From Felis catus (lineage: Eukaryota): a stretch of DNA of 64,000 nt. The stretch spans positions 4,030,001 to 4,094,000 of the forward strand of contig NC_058368.1 in assembly GCF_018350175.1 (NCBI RefSeq). The letters run 5' to 3'. This document shows positions 12,749 through 25,818 of the stretch, piece after piece; the first letter of the stretch is position 1; the number at the start of each line of letters is the position of its first letter. The position numbers were made by a program, and so were the translations under genes. The notes under the pieces are model-generated. The model searched no databases. It saw nothing but the letters and a program-made list of their open reading frames with translations, and had not been told where the DNA came from.

Positions 12749-13214
12749 CTCTCTCCTTGACCAACCTTTAAAAAAGCTCCTCTGAGCCCTCTGTTCAATG
12801 AGGACTTGCCTTTGGGCTGTGACCTTGACTTGTCTAACCCAGTTTTAACAAGAATCCACTAAGTCAGTTTAGCAAAAATCTCCCTCCCCTTAAGATGTGA
12901 TTTCCCTCAATATTTAACCAAATTCCTTAACCCCTACCCCTGATACCCGATCACCATGGCCTGCCTTCAGCAAGAATTCTGTCAAGTTGGTTTAGCAAGA
13001 ATCCCCCTACACTGGATATCTTCTCTTATTAATTTTCCATACCCTGGTCCCCTCACTCTGCTCATTGGCTATAAGCCCCCCGTTGCCATTGCCGTATTTG
13101 GATTTGAGCCCAGTCTCTCTCCCCTGTTGCAACGGTCTTGACATCTCTTTCAACAGTCCTGAATAAAGTCTTCCTTACCATTTTAACAAGTGTCAGAATA
13201 AATTTTTCTTTAAC
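12749..13214 (+). mobile_element. MER31-like ERV1 solo LTR
   Basis: ctctctccttgaccaa..gctcctctgagccctct start, ggctataa box, aataaagtcttccttacc, tttttctttaac end. Confidence 0.8.
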
Positions 13215-13696
13215 CAACCCTATTAGTTTGAGCAAGTCACATAATTTCTGTGTCTCATCTGTCAGACCCATAAGAGAGGATCCCAGACATCGCCACTAGC
13301 CTGAATCAATACCAAAGATGCCAAGCTCATTAGCACATTGTAACTAGAATTGTTTCCTAGGCATCACTGGGGGCAATTTCCCCAAATGTGGCCCACCCTT
13401 CCGTATCCGGGAATCTGCTTTTACACTGTCACACGCTGAAGCTCCAGAAGCTTCCTGACGGCAATAGAGAGAGAACCAATCCCAAAGTGGCCTTCAACAA
13501 GTGAGATCAAGTCTCAACTTTTAGCTCAAATATTCATATGGCACATTCAACGATACATCTGCCTTAATTTTAGCATAACACTTGATATCGCTTATTAGAT
13601 AGACAATGTAACTGACTTCTTTTCCCAAAACATTTACATAAATCTAGTACCTTAGGAAGGGCCTGACTTGTTGACACTGTGACCGCATGACCCCCA

Positions 13697-13697
<1 letters not shown>

Positions 13698-13735
<38 letters not shown>
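13698..13735. repeat. (CA)n microsatellite
   Basis: Direct inspection. Confidence 0.97.
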
Positions 13736-13737
<2 letters not shown>

Positions 13738-14007
13738 GTTCGTGATACAACCCCCCCCCAACCAGAGCTCAAGAAGCCCAGACTAGATCTTTTCAGCTTT
13801 AAAAATTATCTTGCCCCAGGAACAAGGAGACCAGGCAATCAAGTTTTATAGATTTATGGTCTTAATAAGACAGGTTTTAAATGCCTTAATAAAAGTGTGT
13901 ACTTATAAAAATGACCTTAAGATAGATACGTTGACCCTCAACTCATGTACTCCACTCTACGTATTCATACATGTTGCTATATCCAGTCACTGACATTTTG
14001 GCTTTAA

Positions 14008-14228
14008 AAAAATTTTTTTTAATGTTTATTTTTGAGAGAGAGAGACAGAGTGTGAGTGGGGAAAGAGCAGAGAGAGAGAGAGACAGAGAGGGACACAGAA
14101 TCCAAAGGAGGCTCCAGGCTCTGAGCTGTCAGCACAGAGCCCGATGTGGGGCTCGAACCCATGAACCAGGAGATCATGACCTGAGCTGAAGTCGGATGCT
14201 CAACTGACTGAGCCACCCAGGCACCCCC
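14008..14228 (-). mobile_element. Can-SINE
   Basis: TSD acattttggctttaa at 13993-14007 and 14230-14244. Confidence 0.95.
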
Positions 14229-14519
14229 AACATTTTGGCTTTAAGTAAATAAGTAAATAAGCTTCAAGTAAATAAATACATCAGTTGTGAGGAAATTCTA
14301 AAACACCCAAAGCCTACATAATCTGCAAAGATATACCCGAAGTTAATATACTTTTTGCTAGCTATAAATAGAATTTATCAGCCAATGACTACAAAGACAA
14401 TTGAACATGTTGTTTTCTCAACATCTGTCAGATGCTTTCAAATCAATCCTGACTGTTGAAAAGTTGGACTTCAGTATAACTGTACAGCATTAATGCTTTA
14501 TTTTAAAATAAATTTATAA

Positions 14520-14733
14520 GGGAGCGTGGGGGGCTCAGACAGTTAAGTGTCCAACTTCAGCTCAGGTCACGATCTCCTGGTTTGTGAGTTCGAGCCCCAC
14601 ATCGGGCTCTGTGCTGACAGCTCAGAGCCTGGAGCCCGCCTTGGATTCTGCGTCTCCCTCTCTCTCTGCCCCTCTCCCATGCAAACTCTGTCTCTCTCTC
14701 TCTCTTTCAAAAATAAATACACATTAAAAAAAT
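14520..14733 (+). mobile_element. Can-SINE
   Basis: Full body; TSD aaaataaattta(t/c)aa. Confidence 0.95.
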
Positions 14734-14879
14734 AAAATAAATTTACAAATGAAATTATTTTTAACCGATCAGTCAACTGGTAAGTTGAATGAATTCACCT
14801 TTAGTTTGAAAGGCAATGACTTTCATAACTAAGAAGACATTATACAGAAGCACTTTAAAAGGTAAAAAAAAAAAAAAGA

Positions 14880-15095
14880 GGGGCACTTGGGTGGTTCAGT
14901 CAATTAAGCACCCACTCTTGATTCCCACTCAGGTCATGATCACAGGGTGATAAGATCGAGCCCTGCATCAGGCTCTGCACTGAGCATGGAGACTGCTTAA
15001 GATTCTCTCTCTGGCCCTCCCCCACTGGCATACGTGTGCAGGCACGTGTGTGAGTGCACCTGCATACACGCGCGCTCTCTCTCTCTACTAAAAGA
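14880..15095 (+). mobile_element. Older Can-SINE with an alternating purine-pyrimidine insert
   Basis: SINE head and body; TSD aaaggtaaaa... Confidence 0.9.
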
Positions 15096-15403
15096 AAGGT
15101 AAAAAAAAAAAAAAAAGAAGAAATTCAGAACTACTGTGAGAAAACACGTACAGTGATACATAAGTATATTTCTCTCACGTCTAAGCAATTTAGTATCAGT
15201 AAGGGTCCGAAAATCCATCTTAGATGGCTTCTTATTATACTAAAAAATACAGAAAATAGTCAGATATTCCAATTGGGCAATAAAAATCAAAACCATGATG
15301 TAGTCTCAATTCGTGTGTACATTCACATATTTAGATAACAAGCAGTCGCAAAATTAATCCTGATTTGCTAGAAGGCAGGTACTATTGAAAAAGTTACACT
15401 TAC

Positions 15404-15412
15404 CTCCACGGC
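15404..15412 (-). other. Candidate 9-nt microexon GCCGTGGAG
   Basis: TTTTATTCATTAG|GCCGTGGAG|GTAAGT with a pyrimidine tract further upstream. Confidence 0.2.
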
Positions 15413-15829
15413 CTAATGAATAAAACACTTAAGAATTTTTATTTTGGAAAAATTTGAAAGAGAAAAACAAATACTGGGCTTTTTCAACGGGAAGCCAAGT
15501 TTGAAAGCCAACTTGGAAAAGCCTTCCATCCACTGATATCATTAGGTTATAAGATGTGAAGCCGTACGTGGTCCCTGTGGCACGAAAATTTTATTTCTTG
15601 AACATAACTATTTGAATACAGCATTCAAAATCAATGAAAGAATGTTTTGCTATATGCTTAAGAAAAAAAGAATACATGGAAATTTAAGGGGTAATTATAA
15701 ATATTATATTTTTGCATAAATCCTCAAGCCTGCAAAAGAAGCATATATTCTCATAAAATAGCAATTAAATTTCAGGAAAGGAGTGAACTTTGTTGTTATC
15801 ATAGTTCCCAAAGTCAATGCAGACTGCGT

Positions 15830-15832
<3 letters not shown>

Positions 15833-15873
<41 letters not shown>
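15833..15873. repeat. (CT)n microsatellite
   Basis: Direct inspection. Confidence 0.97.
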
Positions 15874-15875
<2 letters not shown>

Positions 15876-16270
15876 CCACCCTTTCCTGGGTTATCTGATA
15901 CAATTTCAGGTACTTCACAATTCTTTATTTAACATTTTCTGAATAATCATATGGCCAGTAAGAGGCACTAACATATACACTTGAAGAAGGAGAGAACGGG
16001 GTAGATCCAATCAACTGTCCCTTACAGCAGCCACACCAGAAGACAGAAAATCAAAAACCATCTGGACGAAGGTAAGGAATGGTTTTCAACCCTTGGCTTG
16101 AACTTTTACACAGGTAATTCCAGTTAGAACTAAAGTATCTATAGTTGATTCACTTTCATCTCTAGAAAGCTTTCACCTGTTTTTGCCTACCTATGTTTCA
16201 CTTGGGAAAACCCAATAAACCTTGAAATATCAGTGCAAATTGTCGTAATTGAAAACATGAGCTCATTTAC

Positions 16271-16802
16271 CTATTATCCTTGGCCTCCATTATCACTTCC
16301 GGAATATGTGTCGGTGAAAATCATGAAACTCTTTTCCTGTCTTCTAAGTCTTTCGTTTGTGGTTCCTTTGAATGTGTACTCCAAGCTCAGCTCTGCCTGG
16401 CCGGTAAAAAGCCCGTGTTCCCCTCAGTGTCCATTCATCATCTGACGCCCGGAAGCATGGCTGCGTTTTGTGGTGTTCCCTCACGTGTGACTCTCCAGAC
16501 TGAAAGCTGAAAGTGGTTGCCTCGTTGGGTTATGCTCCTGATCGAGCAACCCACAGAAGTTCTTCAGGTAAAATAGTACTGGTTGGGCAATGGTTTTTGG
16601 CTATTCCCCACAGCACAAATGAGCTATTTTCATCTGAGAATCTTCTGTATTTTCTTCACGAAGGTGGTGAGGAAAAATGTCACAGAAGCTTTGGGGCTCG
16701 GTGTTCCTCCCCCTCATCTCAGCAGATGTGAAATGCTCACGGGCAAGAGCCTTTCTTCTTGCTCTGGTGATGATACCTGCGTTTCCACGTCACTTTTGGA
16801 CC
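16271..16802 (-). other. Candidate large exon (532 nt, or a terminal exon) with stops in all frames
   Basis: Very strong acceptor CCTTTAACCTTCCTTGATTTTTCTCTCAG; donor TAG|GTAAAT at 16270; AATAAA on the minus strand at 15924-15929. Confidence 0.35.
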
Positions 16803-17193
16803 CTGAGAGAAAAATCAAGGAAGGTTAAAGGAAGGAGTAAGGAAAAGTACGCGGAGTAAATGCACTGAAAATGTAATTCTTCCTGGAAGACAGCCACGGT
16901 TCTTATTTCCAGCGACTTTCTAATTATAAACTGCTGGTTGCACTGTGGCCCTGCCAAACAGCATGGCATTTATCCCTCCCTCACAACCAACAGACGCACA
17001 TGGCGGCCTCGGTAAATTTAAGAAAAAAAACCTACTTAATTTAGTTTCCTGTTCTCACTCCCTATGCATTTCTTCTCATTTCTCTATTTCTCTGGCTTCT
17101 TTCAAGTGAAATATGTGCTTCACATGATGTGCCTTTTGCCGGGCACAGTTCCATTAAATCCAAAGCTGAGACGTTACATATAACACAACTCAC

Positions 17194-17210
17194 GTTTGAA
17201 AGTAAAACAT
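17194..17210 (-). other. Candidate 17-nt microexon
   Basis: TTTTCTTTTCTCTTTCTGATGTAG|ATGTTTTACTTTCAAAC|GTGAGT. Confidence 0.3.
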
Positions 17211-17948
17211 CTACATCAGAAAGAGAAAAGAAAATGTGTCTTTCAGAAAGCCTTTCTTTCTAGTATAGTCTCAATAACCACTAGTACCTGCCAGCAGTCT
17301 AACATCTTAAGAAACAAACTAGAAAAAAAAAATGACTAACTTTGACAACGGTGATAAGCCAGAGGGACACATGAGACTGAATTTTCTACCCGTTCATACA
17401 ACGCTCTTGAGTATAAATGCTTGATAATTTTAGACAGTACCACACTTCAACAGTTCTTTGGAGTAGATAGAAGAGAGGTAGCATTGCTAAGATGTTTAAT
17501 ATGTTAACGAAACTTGAATGCAGAAAGGTAAGTAACTGTGTTCAAGCTCACTCAACCAGGAACTGATAAACCAGAAACTGGAAAAACAGCTCCTGGACTC
17601 CTATTCTACTTTTTGTTAGCCGACAATATTTCATTGCGGACAAAAGTCATTTAGAGAGAGTAATCTAAGCTATGCTTATAATACTATAGATTCTTGACTT
17701 CATGAAAACCAAAGAACTCAAAACTCACTGTAAACTATTTCCCGAAAACACTTCCCCAATAACTTGTTATAATAAAAATATTACCAGGCATCATGAGTGA
17801 GATTAATTGAAACAAACCAAACCAAATCTTAATGACGCTTTCATATAAAAACGTGTATAATGAAATTTGAATGCCGTGTGTCAAGAATTAGAGAAACTTT
17901 GTATTTAAATTTTTAATTAAAGAATTAAAATTAAATTAAGAATTTATA

Positions 17949-18161
17949 GGGCGCCTGGGTGACTCAGTCGGTTGGGTGTCCGACTCTTAATTTCGGCTCA
18001 GGTCGTGATCTCAGTGTCGTGAGACTGAGCCCTGCATCGGACTCCGCGCTGAGCATGGAACCTGCATGGGATTCTCTCCCTCTCTCTCTCTGTCCCTCAC
18101 CCCTGTGCATTCTCTCTCTCTCTCTTCCTCTTTCTCTCTCTCTCCGAAAAAGAAAAAAAAA
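17949..18161 (+). mobile_element. Older Can-SINE
   Basis: Head gggcgcctgggtgactcag, (CT)n, A tail. Confidence 0.92.
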
Positions 18162-18436
18162 GGAAATTACATAACAAGAAGATGAAACCCTTTTGTATGA
18201 CAATGGATTTCAGTAATTACACTCTTCAATTTGAAATGTTCAGTTTAAGAGAAGTTATGTGTAATAAAGTGGAAGATTCGAATCAGTTTCTTTACCTGTA
18301 AAACAAGGAGCTGGAGTAAGTGTTGTAACTTCTTAACACCCGTGAAATTCTACGATTCGTTCTATGATTTAACTTATAACAATTCTGAGCATAGGAATTA
18401 ATCCAGATATGTCCTCTGACTAAAAAAGATTTTGTC

Positions 18437-18909
18437 GGGGCGCCTGGGTGGCTCAGTCAGTTAAGCGTCTGACTTCAGCTCAGGTCACGATCTCGCGATC
18501 TCGCAGTCCGTGAGATCAAGCCCCGCGTCGGGCTCTGGGCTGATGGCTCGGAGCCTGGAGCCTGCTTCCGATTCTGTCTCCCCCTCTCTCTCTGCTCCTC
18601 CCCCATTCATTCTCGGTCTCAAAAATAAATAAACATTAAAAAAAATTTAAAAAAATAGGGGCGCCTGGGTGGCTCAGTCGGTTAGGCGTCCGACTTCAGC
18701 TCAGGTCACGATCTCGCGATCTCGCGGTCCGGGAGTTCAAGCCCCACGTCGGGCTCTGGGCTGATGGCTCGGAGCCTGGAGCCTACTTCCGATTCTGTGT
18801 CTCCCTCTCTCTCTGCTCCTCCCCCATTCATGCTCTGTCTCTCTCTCTGTCTCAAAAATAAGTAAACGTTAAAAAAAAATGTTTTTTTAATAAAAAAATT
18901 AAAAAAATA
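18437..18909 (+). mobile_element. Tandem Can-SINE pair (18437-18657 and 18658-18909)
   Basis: Two SINE bodies inside one TSD aaaaaagattttgtc (18422-18436 and 18910-18924). Confidence 0.96.
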
Positions 18910-19046
18910 AAAAAAGATTTTGTCAATTAAAATGTCATGTTAAATATAAACATAAAATATAAATGTATTGTAGAACAGACACAGGTTTTATATAAATGTT
19001 TATGATAAAATATGAAATTCCAAGGGAAATCTGGAATCACTTATAC

Positions 19047-19097
19047 TCAAACAGAGGCCTTCAGCCGCACGTTTTATGTGCTCATGGTGTTCTGCCT
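19047..19097 (-). other. Candidate exon (51 nt, phase 1-1, AEHHEHIKRAAEGLCL)
   Basis: Acceptor CTGTTTTTCTCTAATGCTCCACAG; weak donor TGA|GTATAA; only one open frame, which matches its neighbours. Confidence 0.25.
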
Positions 19098-19800
19098 CTG
19101 TGGAGCATTAGAGAAAAACAGAAGTATTGATTTAAGTGTAACATTGCAAGTTCATGCTTATTAGCCTCACTGAAGGAGTTTCCAGCTCTAATTCCGGTTT
19201 GTCAATATCTTTTGAAAAACATACTCTGAGATCTGCAATTTTAATTAGCTTTATATCACCTGGCACGTTTTGCAAAATTGCAATACAACGTAGGAGAACC
19301 CTGTGGCAAATTATTAGAACGTTCCTCCAGAGGGACAATGATACGTTGATGACAAAAAAAAAAAAAAAAAAAACCCGATCTCTGAATAGTTTTTACTATA
19401 CATCTCTGAGCCCCAATGAAAGTCCCATTATCAAGCACATCAAGCTATCAATATTAGCGAGATACAACAGCTTTGCCCAGTGTATCACCAAGGCCAAGGT
19501 ACAGTCTTTCTGCTGACCCCTCCACGGTGCTGCCAGTCTAAAAATGTTGTCAAAGGGGACACCGACATGACATGTTCTTGATGAACCCATGCTGGGTCCC
19601 AGGGATAACCGTGCCCTTGTCTAACAGCCCCTTAATTCTCTTTCAATGCAATCGATTTTAATATGACTTCTATAATTAACATCTAGCCTACAAGTTAGAA
19701 TTCTAACAACTATTGTTCCTTTTTGGACACTGGAACATTGGTACGTGTGCATCTCCCCAGGACTTGTCTTTTTTCTCCAATTGTTCAGAACTTACCCCCT

Positions 19801-19993
19801 GTGAAAAGGCACAGCATAGGCAATACGGTCAATGATACTGTAATAGTATTGTATGGTGACGGGGGGAGCTACTTTTTGGTGGACAGAGCAGAATGTATAA
19901 ACTTGTTGAATCGCTATGCTCTACACCCAAAACTAATGTAACATCGTATGTCAACTACACTCAAATTTTAAATTTTTTTTAAAAAATTTAAAA
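19801..19993 (+). mobile_element. 5'-truncated L1 3' end (carnivore/L1MA9-like)
   Basis: acagcataggcaata..gaatcgctatg..aaactaatgtaacatcgtatgtcaactac; TSD agaa(c/a)ttaccccc. Confidence 0.85.
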
Positions 19994-20369
19994 AGAAATT
20001 ACCCCCCGATGATATAACAATTGTATACGCATATTGATGAGAGAAGACAGCGTGTTACCTGGAAACACCAGTTGCCCGAACTGTAGTCACTGATGAGTCA
20101 CCCTTATGGTTTTTTTTTCATATTTGAGGATCTGTGGCCTAATTGGGTACCATCCATTTGTCACTTACTTAAGAATTTTTAAAGTTACTCTGTACTTACA
20201 TAAATGTATTATGAAAGGAAACTATTCACAACATACATGGAAACCCAGTCCTATGTGCCACAAATAGAGGGCAACTCTAAAGATAAATAAGATGAATACA
20301 AAACAAAAGGAGTCTTTCTAAATTCTGGTTGGTCTCTCTTCATTAAAAAGGGGGTTAGTAAATGGATGG

Positions 20370-22350
20370 GGACATTTAGAGCCTTTAATGATTTCATTTA
20401 GAAAGAAGAAAGACTGAAAAGTAAGTATCCACTTCAAGAACTTAGAAAAAGGTAATGGGACAAACCCAAAGGAAACAGAAAATAATGATGAGAGCAGAAC
20501 TAATGAAGTGGAAAACAAAGACACAGAAGAAAATATCAGCAAAGACAAAAGTGAGTTTGTTTAAAAGACACACTGGCAAACTTGGGGCAAGTCTGATCAA
20601 GATAAAAGCAAAGTCATTCACACAAAGGTAGTGCTGGGAATGAAACATGAGATGCATCAGAGATTAAAAAGGTAAGAGATGATACAACCTTTCGGGTAAT
20701 GAATTTTTAAATTTTGAAAATGGACAAATTCCTGGAAGAATATAAAGTACCAAAACGAATTCAAGAACTAAGTCAATCCAGGAAATAGACTCGATCACTG
20801 ATATTTAAAATCTTTTCACAGAGAACACATGAGGCTGGACAGTTTCACTGGTGAGCCGTACCAAATGTTCGATAAACAGATTAACTCTAATATCTTACAG
20901 ACTCTACCAGAGAACATGAAAACAGACAATATGTCCAAGTAATTTCATGAGGCTGATAATATCCCCAAATTAAATGATCTACACCAAACTGGGACAATTA
21001 TGAAAAAGAAAAAGTAATGGCCAATCTCACTCATGCAAAAATTTGAAATACCTATTAGCAAGTTGAGTCCAGCAGTGTGTATGTGTAATAAGCATAATGC
21101 CTTATTATTAAGCTGATCAGAGAATAAAATTCAGTATCCATTAATAACCAAAAAAAAAAAAAGTAAAAGGAAAGAAAACAAAAAACTTTAGGTCAATGAG
21201 AAGTAGGTGAGCACTTCATTAAAGGGCAAACATACCCTCCTGTCTTAATTTCTATTCCCCATTTTACGGGAGGTGCCAGCCAGTGAAAGACAGAAAAGGG
21301 GGGAGAAGAATGAGAAACGAGGGTTGCAAGAGAGGAAGCAAAGCTGTCACTATTCACAGATGGAATATTTAAAAAAAGAAATTTAGGCAAATTACCAAAA
21401 TTAATAGTAGAGCGAATCAAGATTACTGATAAGTTCAACTGCCTTCTACATACCAACAAGAGTTTGTGGATTTTTTTAAGGTGTTCTTTTAAACGATAGC
21501 CATTTATAATAGCCCGGGGGGCGGGGGGAAGCAGTTACCTTGGAAGAGTTATAACGAAAGAACTTGTATAAAACTTCTAGGAAGAAAATCTGTCAACTTG
21601 AACAAAAAAACATTAAAGAGGCCCTTTTAAAAATGGAGATAATGCATGTAATGCCATGTCAGCTCTCCTCAAATTGATCTTTTCATGCAGAGGAATTCCC
21701 ACTAAAATCCCAGTAAGTTTTTAAAATAAAACTTGACAAGCTGATTCTCAGAGTTTTAGGGAAGAACAAAGGGACAAGAATTTTTTTAAAAAGACTCCTT
21801 CAGAAAGCTTTTCTAGATGTTGCATCTTAATGTAAAACTATTATAACTAAGTTGCTATGGCATTCACCCAGGAACAATCAGAATAAAAAGCTTAGCAACA
21901 GGGCCCTGCATTCATGGAAACTTGATACATGACAGAGGTGTTTGTAGAATTCGGTGGAGAAAGCGGACCATTCGGAAAATGTTACTGGGACAAGCGCTTA
22001 GCTACGTGGAAACAAAATGTATCTGTACCTCCCACTGTGCACAAATACCAACACAAACTCTCATGAGCGAGAAGATCAAACCTTAAGCTTTTTAGAAAGA
22101 AATAGAACACAATATCTTAAGGACTTCAGAGTAAAGAAGAATTCTCCAAAGAACAAATAGAAGCCACGGATCGTAAGACAGAAGATTGTTACAGTCAAAC
22201 CATATTAAAACTAAGAACTTCTGTTCACCTAAGGTAAGCCACAAAAATCAGGAGAACGCATTTGCCACACAGATAATTGACAGTTTTGTGTCCAGAATAA
22301 AGAACTCTTGAAAATAAAAAAGAAACAGCCCCCCAAAAAGTATGCAAAAT
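20370..22350 (+). mobile_element. Ancient L1 ORF2 relic
   Basis: A-rich, colinear with L1 ORF2 motifs (aaatggacaaattcct, gccaatctcactcatg, aacttgacaagctgattct); no intact ORF. Confidence 0.85.
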
Positions 22351-22414
22351 TCTCTAATTTATATATACTCTTTCGTATGCATAGTATTTTCATTTAAAAA
22401 ATAATAAAAATGAT

Positions 22415-22622
22415 GGGGCGCCTGGGGTGGCTCAGTCGGTTGGGCGTACGACTTCCGCTCATGTCATGATCTCGTGGTTCATGGGTTCGAGCCCCGCATC
22501 AGGCTCTGTGCTGACAGCTTGGACCCTGGAGCCTGCTTCGGATTCTGTGTCTCCTTCTCTCTGTCTCTGCCCCTCCCTGCTCGCTCTCTCTCTCTTTCTC
22601 AAAAGTAAACATTAATTTAAAA

Positions 22623-22669
<47 letters not shown>

Positions 22670-22670
22670 A
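22415..22670 (+). mobile_element. Can-SINE with (AAAT)n tail
   Basis: Full body and expanded tail. Confidence 0.95.
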
Positions 22671-23776
22671 AATTAAACGTGTACTATAAATTGTGTCTTG
22701 TGCAGGGGACAATATTAAAAATAGGTTTATAACATGACGGAGGGCATTTAATGACATCTTTGCTTAAGACAGTCTTTAATATCTTCCATTTATTGCTAGA
22801 ACAGCTGTTAATTAAGAATGAGGTTCTGATGGAAAAATAGAGTCTACGTAATAAGGTTTTTACAGGAAGAAGGAAGGAGAGGAAGAAAAGAAGAGGGAGG
22901 GGAGGCAAGGAGAGAAGGAACTTGCAAAAGGGGTCATATCCTCACTGAATAATCTCATTTTTTTTGATGCCTATTTGAGTCACATCACATCTCCTCATTT
23001 CCCCAACACCGACCATTCCCTCCGTGATCAGGGCATGTGGCCTCCACGTTGTGAAATGCTCTGTGAGAACCTGCTCCCCCAGCATTCCAAAGTTTTCCTC
23101 AGAGTTGCGAAGATCCATGTGGTGCCCATGAGCCCTTCTGAATTAATATGAAATTCTGCATGTGGCGTTTAAATGACAGCACCTTACCCGTGTAGTCCCA
23201 TACAATCGCATCTGTGGTTTCACGCAATCCTCAAGCCTACTTGAGGAAAGAGGGAGACCAGCTGGTTTCCCCATTTTACAGGTTAAGGGACCAAAGCTCA
23301 AAACACGTTAAGGCATGTGCCCACGCCACAAGGGGATATAGAAGGGAACGAGGTGACACACGTCCCCAGGGCCAGTCTATGGCAGATGTTGTCCATGTGA
23401 GTTTATAAATATGAAAACGTTCGTTTGCGAAGGCGTTAATCTTCGCGAAATGTAGCTCTGCGGGGGCAGGGTTAGAAGGGGAGACACTGCACCTGCCATC
23501 ACAGGGTCCCGTGGGCCACGAGGGCACCACAAAGGTCACACCGAGGAGGTGACAGAGCCCCAACACCAGCTCTAGCCCCTTCGTTCAAGAGCTTCTCCGA
23601 TAAACCCAACTGCTTCCCATATAATGATATCGAAATGTCTGCAGCTCACCAACATTCACAAAGCACTTATTGTATATTCTTCTCTTTATTCTCATGATTA
23701 TTTTGTCCTAATCCAAGATCAAAATATATAGGTGAAGGAAACATTAAAATGTCTTTTTTATTCCCAACTCATGATG

Positions 23777-23777
<1 letters not shown>

Positions 23778-23814
<37 letters not shown>
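23778..23814. repeat. (CA)n microsatellite
   Basis: Direct inspection. Confidence 0.97.
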
Positions 23815-23816
<2 letters not shown>

Positions 23817-23866
23817 TTACTCAATTCAACAAACATCTATTTCTTGGTGTGTGATAATTTCACATT

Positions 23867-24089
23867 GTAAAAAAAAAAATTTTTTTTAATGTGTATTTAT
23901 TTTTGAGAGAAAGAGACAGAGCGTGAGCAGGGGAGGGGCAGAGAGAGAGGGAGACACAGAATCCGAAGCAGGTTCCGGGCTCTGAGCTGTCAGCACGGAG
24001 TTCGATGTGGCGCTCGAACTCACAAACCTCGAGATCATGACCTAAGCTGTAGTCCGGATGCTCAACCCACTGAGCCACCCAGGCGCCCC
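23867..24089 (-). mobile_element. Can-SINE
   Basis: TSD gataatttcac(a/g)tt. Confidence 0.95.
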
Positions 24090-24600
24090 GATAATTTCAC
24101 GTTTTAAATAAGCCTATATAGGAACACATCTCTGCTTGTGATTATGTATTTAGTTCTATTTCATGTTCATTATTTTAAACTCAGAAATGCTTTTTGTGCC
24201 TTACTGATGGTAACATTACGTGGGATTTTTATACTTCCGTGTTTAACGCTTCTCTTGCATATAAATCTTCACCTGATGATGCATCCATTTTTGAGTGCTC
24301 CATTTACTTCTACAGATCCTTAACAATGACATCACACGGAAGACAGAAGCCTTTTTTATGGCATCAGCCGTGAATGAACAGCAGTCCAATGCGATTTAAG
24401 ACAGCTTTTCAGGACGACCAAATTAACCATGAAGTGTTAACTCTGGTGTTTTTTACTGCTTTCATGATGTTGTGTTAACGTAGCTCATTAGCATAGCCAA
24501 GAAAATCAGTATATCCTACGTTTTGTGTGCCGTTGAAATGTTATTGATAGTAAAATTATAATGCAGTACGGTAGGAGCGTCTTGCAAAGATAAAGTCTCT

Positions 24601-24822
24601 TTTTTTTTAATTTTTTTTATGTTTATTTACTTTTCAGAGAGAGACAGAGACAGAGTGTGAGCAGGGGAGGGGCAGAGAGAGAGGGAGACACAGAATCCGA
24701 AGCAGGCTCCGGGCTCCGAGCCGTCTGCACGGAGCCCGACGCGGGGCTCGAACCCACAGACCGCGAGATCATGACCTGAGCCGAAGTCAGAGGCTTAACT
24801 GACTGAGCCACCCAGACGCCCC
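24601..24822 (-). mobile_element. Can-SINE
   Basis: TSD aagataaagt(c/a)tcttt. Confidence 0.95.
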
Positions 24823-25657
24823 AAGATAAAGTATCTTTAATTCGTTGAAGTGACTCCATAGATATTATCTTTTTGCAGTTTCATAACAGCCTGGTAATTC
24901 GGTAGAAAATTGTTAATTCTGTTTCACACGTAAGGAAATTGGTGCACAGAAAGTCAAGCGACATCCGACCCTGGGACTCAAACACGGGGTCTTCGACTTC
25001 TAGCTCTTACCTTATTCACCCAACACAACATCCGTACTCAAATATGATTTCCTTCTCTCCCATTGCTTCTCCCCCTAAAGGAAAGAAAGCCGCTTCCATC
25101 ATATCAAGTCCGGGGTCGGGGGTTAGGAGCGCACGAGGAAGGCCGAGGCTGGAGAATCACGTCATCTCTCTGCGCCTCATCTGGCCTGCCCCTTCCCTGT
25201 GCAGGTTCATCAGAAAGACCACCCGGAACTATGTCTAAAAGTACTCAACAGACTGCAGATGACGTTTGCCAATCTTGGATGTCCCTCTTCATGTTCGTGT
25301 AATATTCTCCAACACATGCAGGGCCAGGAAACGCACGCATGATACCCTCTGCCGCCTGACTCAGGCCCTCGTCCCGGGCGTCGGGCCCGAACAGTTGGCT
25401 CTCTGAACTTGCTACTTGGGAACGGGGATTTGGACATCCATCCCGCCAGCTGTGGAATCCGTTCGTCTGGCTCTGAAAGCTGAGGCCGCTGCCCACGGCT
25501 GAGAGAGGCACGGCGTGCCGTTCAGTGACCTCTCCGCCTTCCCGGCAAAAATACCCTGTTCTGGCAATCAGGGTTTTCCCCACAGCGGGTGAATTTGGCA
25601 CCACCTACGGTCTCCTTTAAGGAGGAGGAAAGATATATGCCAGTCCCGCTAACTCAC

Positions 25658-25818
25658 GGAGGTGAAGCTCCCTTCGAGTTGCTCTGCACGAAGCAGAAAC
25701 GGCCCAGAGACTCGGGGTGGAAATCATGGCCCCGGTGGAGACAAGTGGTGACGTCCCCTCGGCCCAAAGCCGTCCTTTGGTGGGTAGGCGGGGAGGAGCG
25801 AGGAAGACGAGGGGATTT
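25658..25818 (-). other. Candidate exon (161 nt, phase 2 to 1)
   Basis: Acceptor ..CTTGCTTTCTGGCGAAGTCTACCTTAG, donor TCC|GTGAGT; open (NPLVFLAPPRLPTK...RRELHL). Confidence 0.3.

Noticed and set aside
16028..16071. Plus-strand 44-nt exon-like segment (CCCTTACAG...AAG|GTAAGG)
   Set aside because: Isolated, with no partner exons found; it also shows that pseudo-exons arise by chance here.
20058..20132. Minus-strand exon ending CAG|GTAACA
   Set aside because: Stops in all three frames and a weak acceptor; left out of the exon chain.
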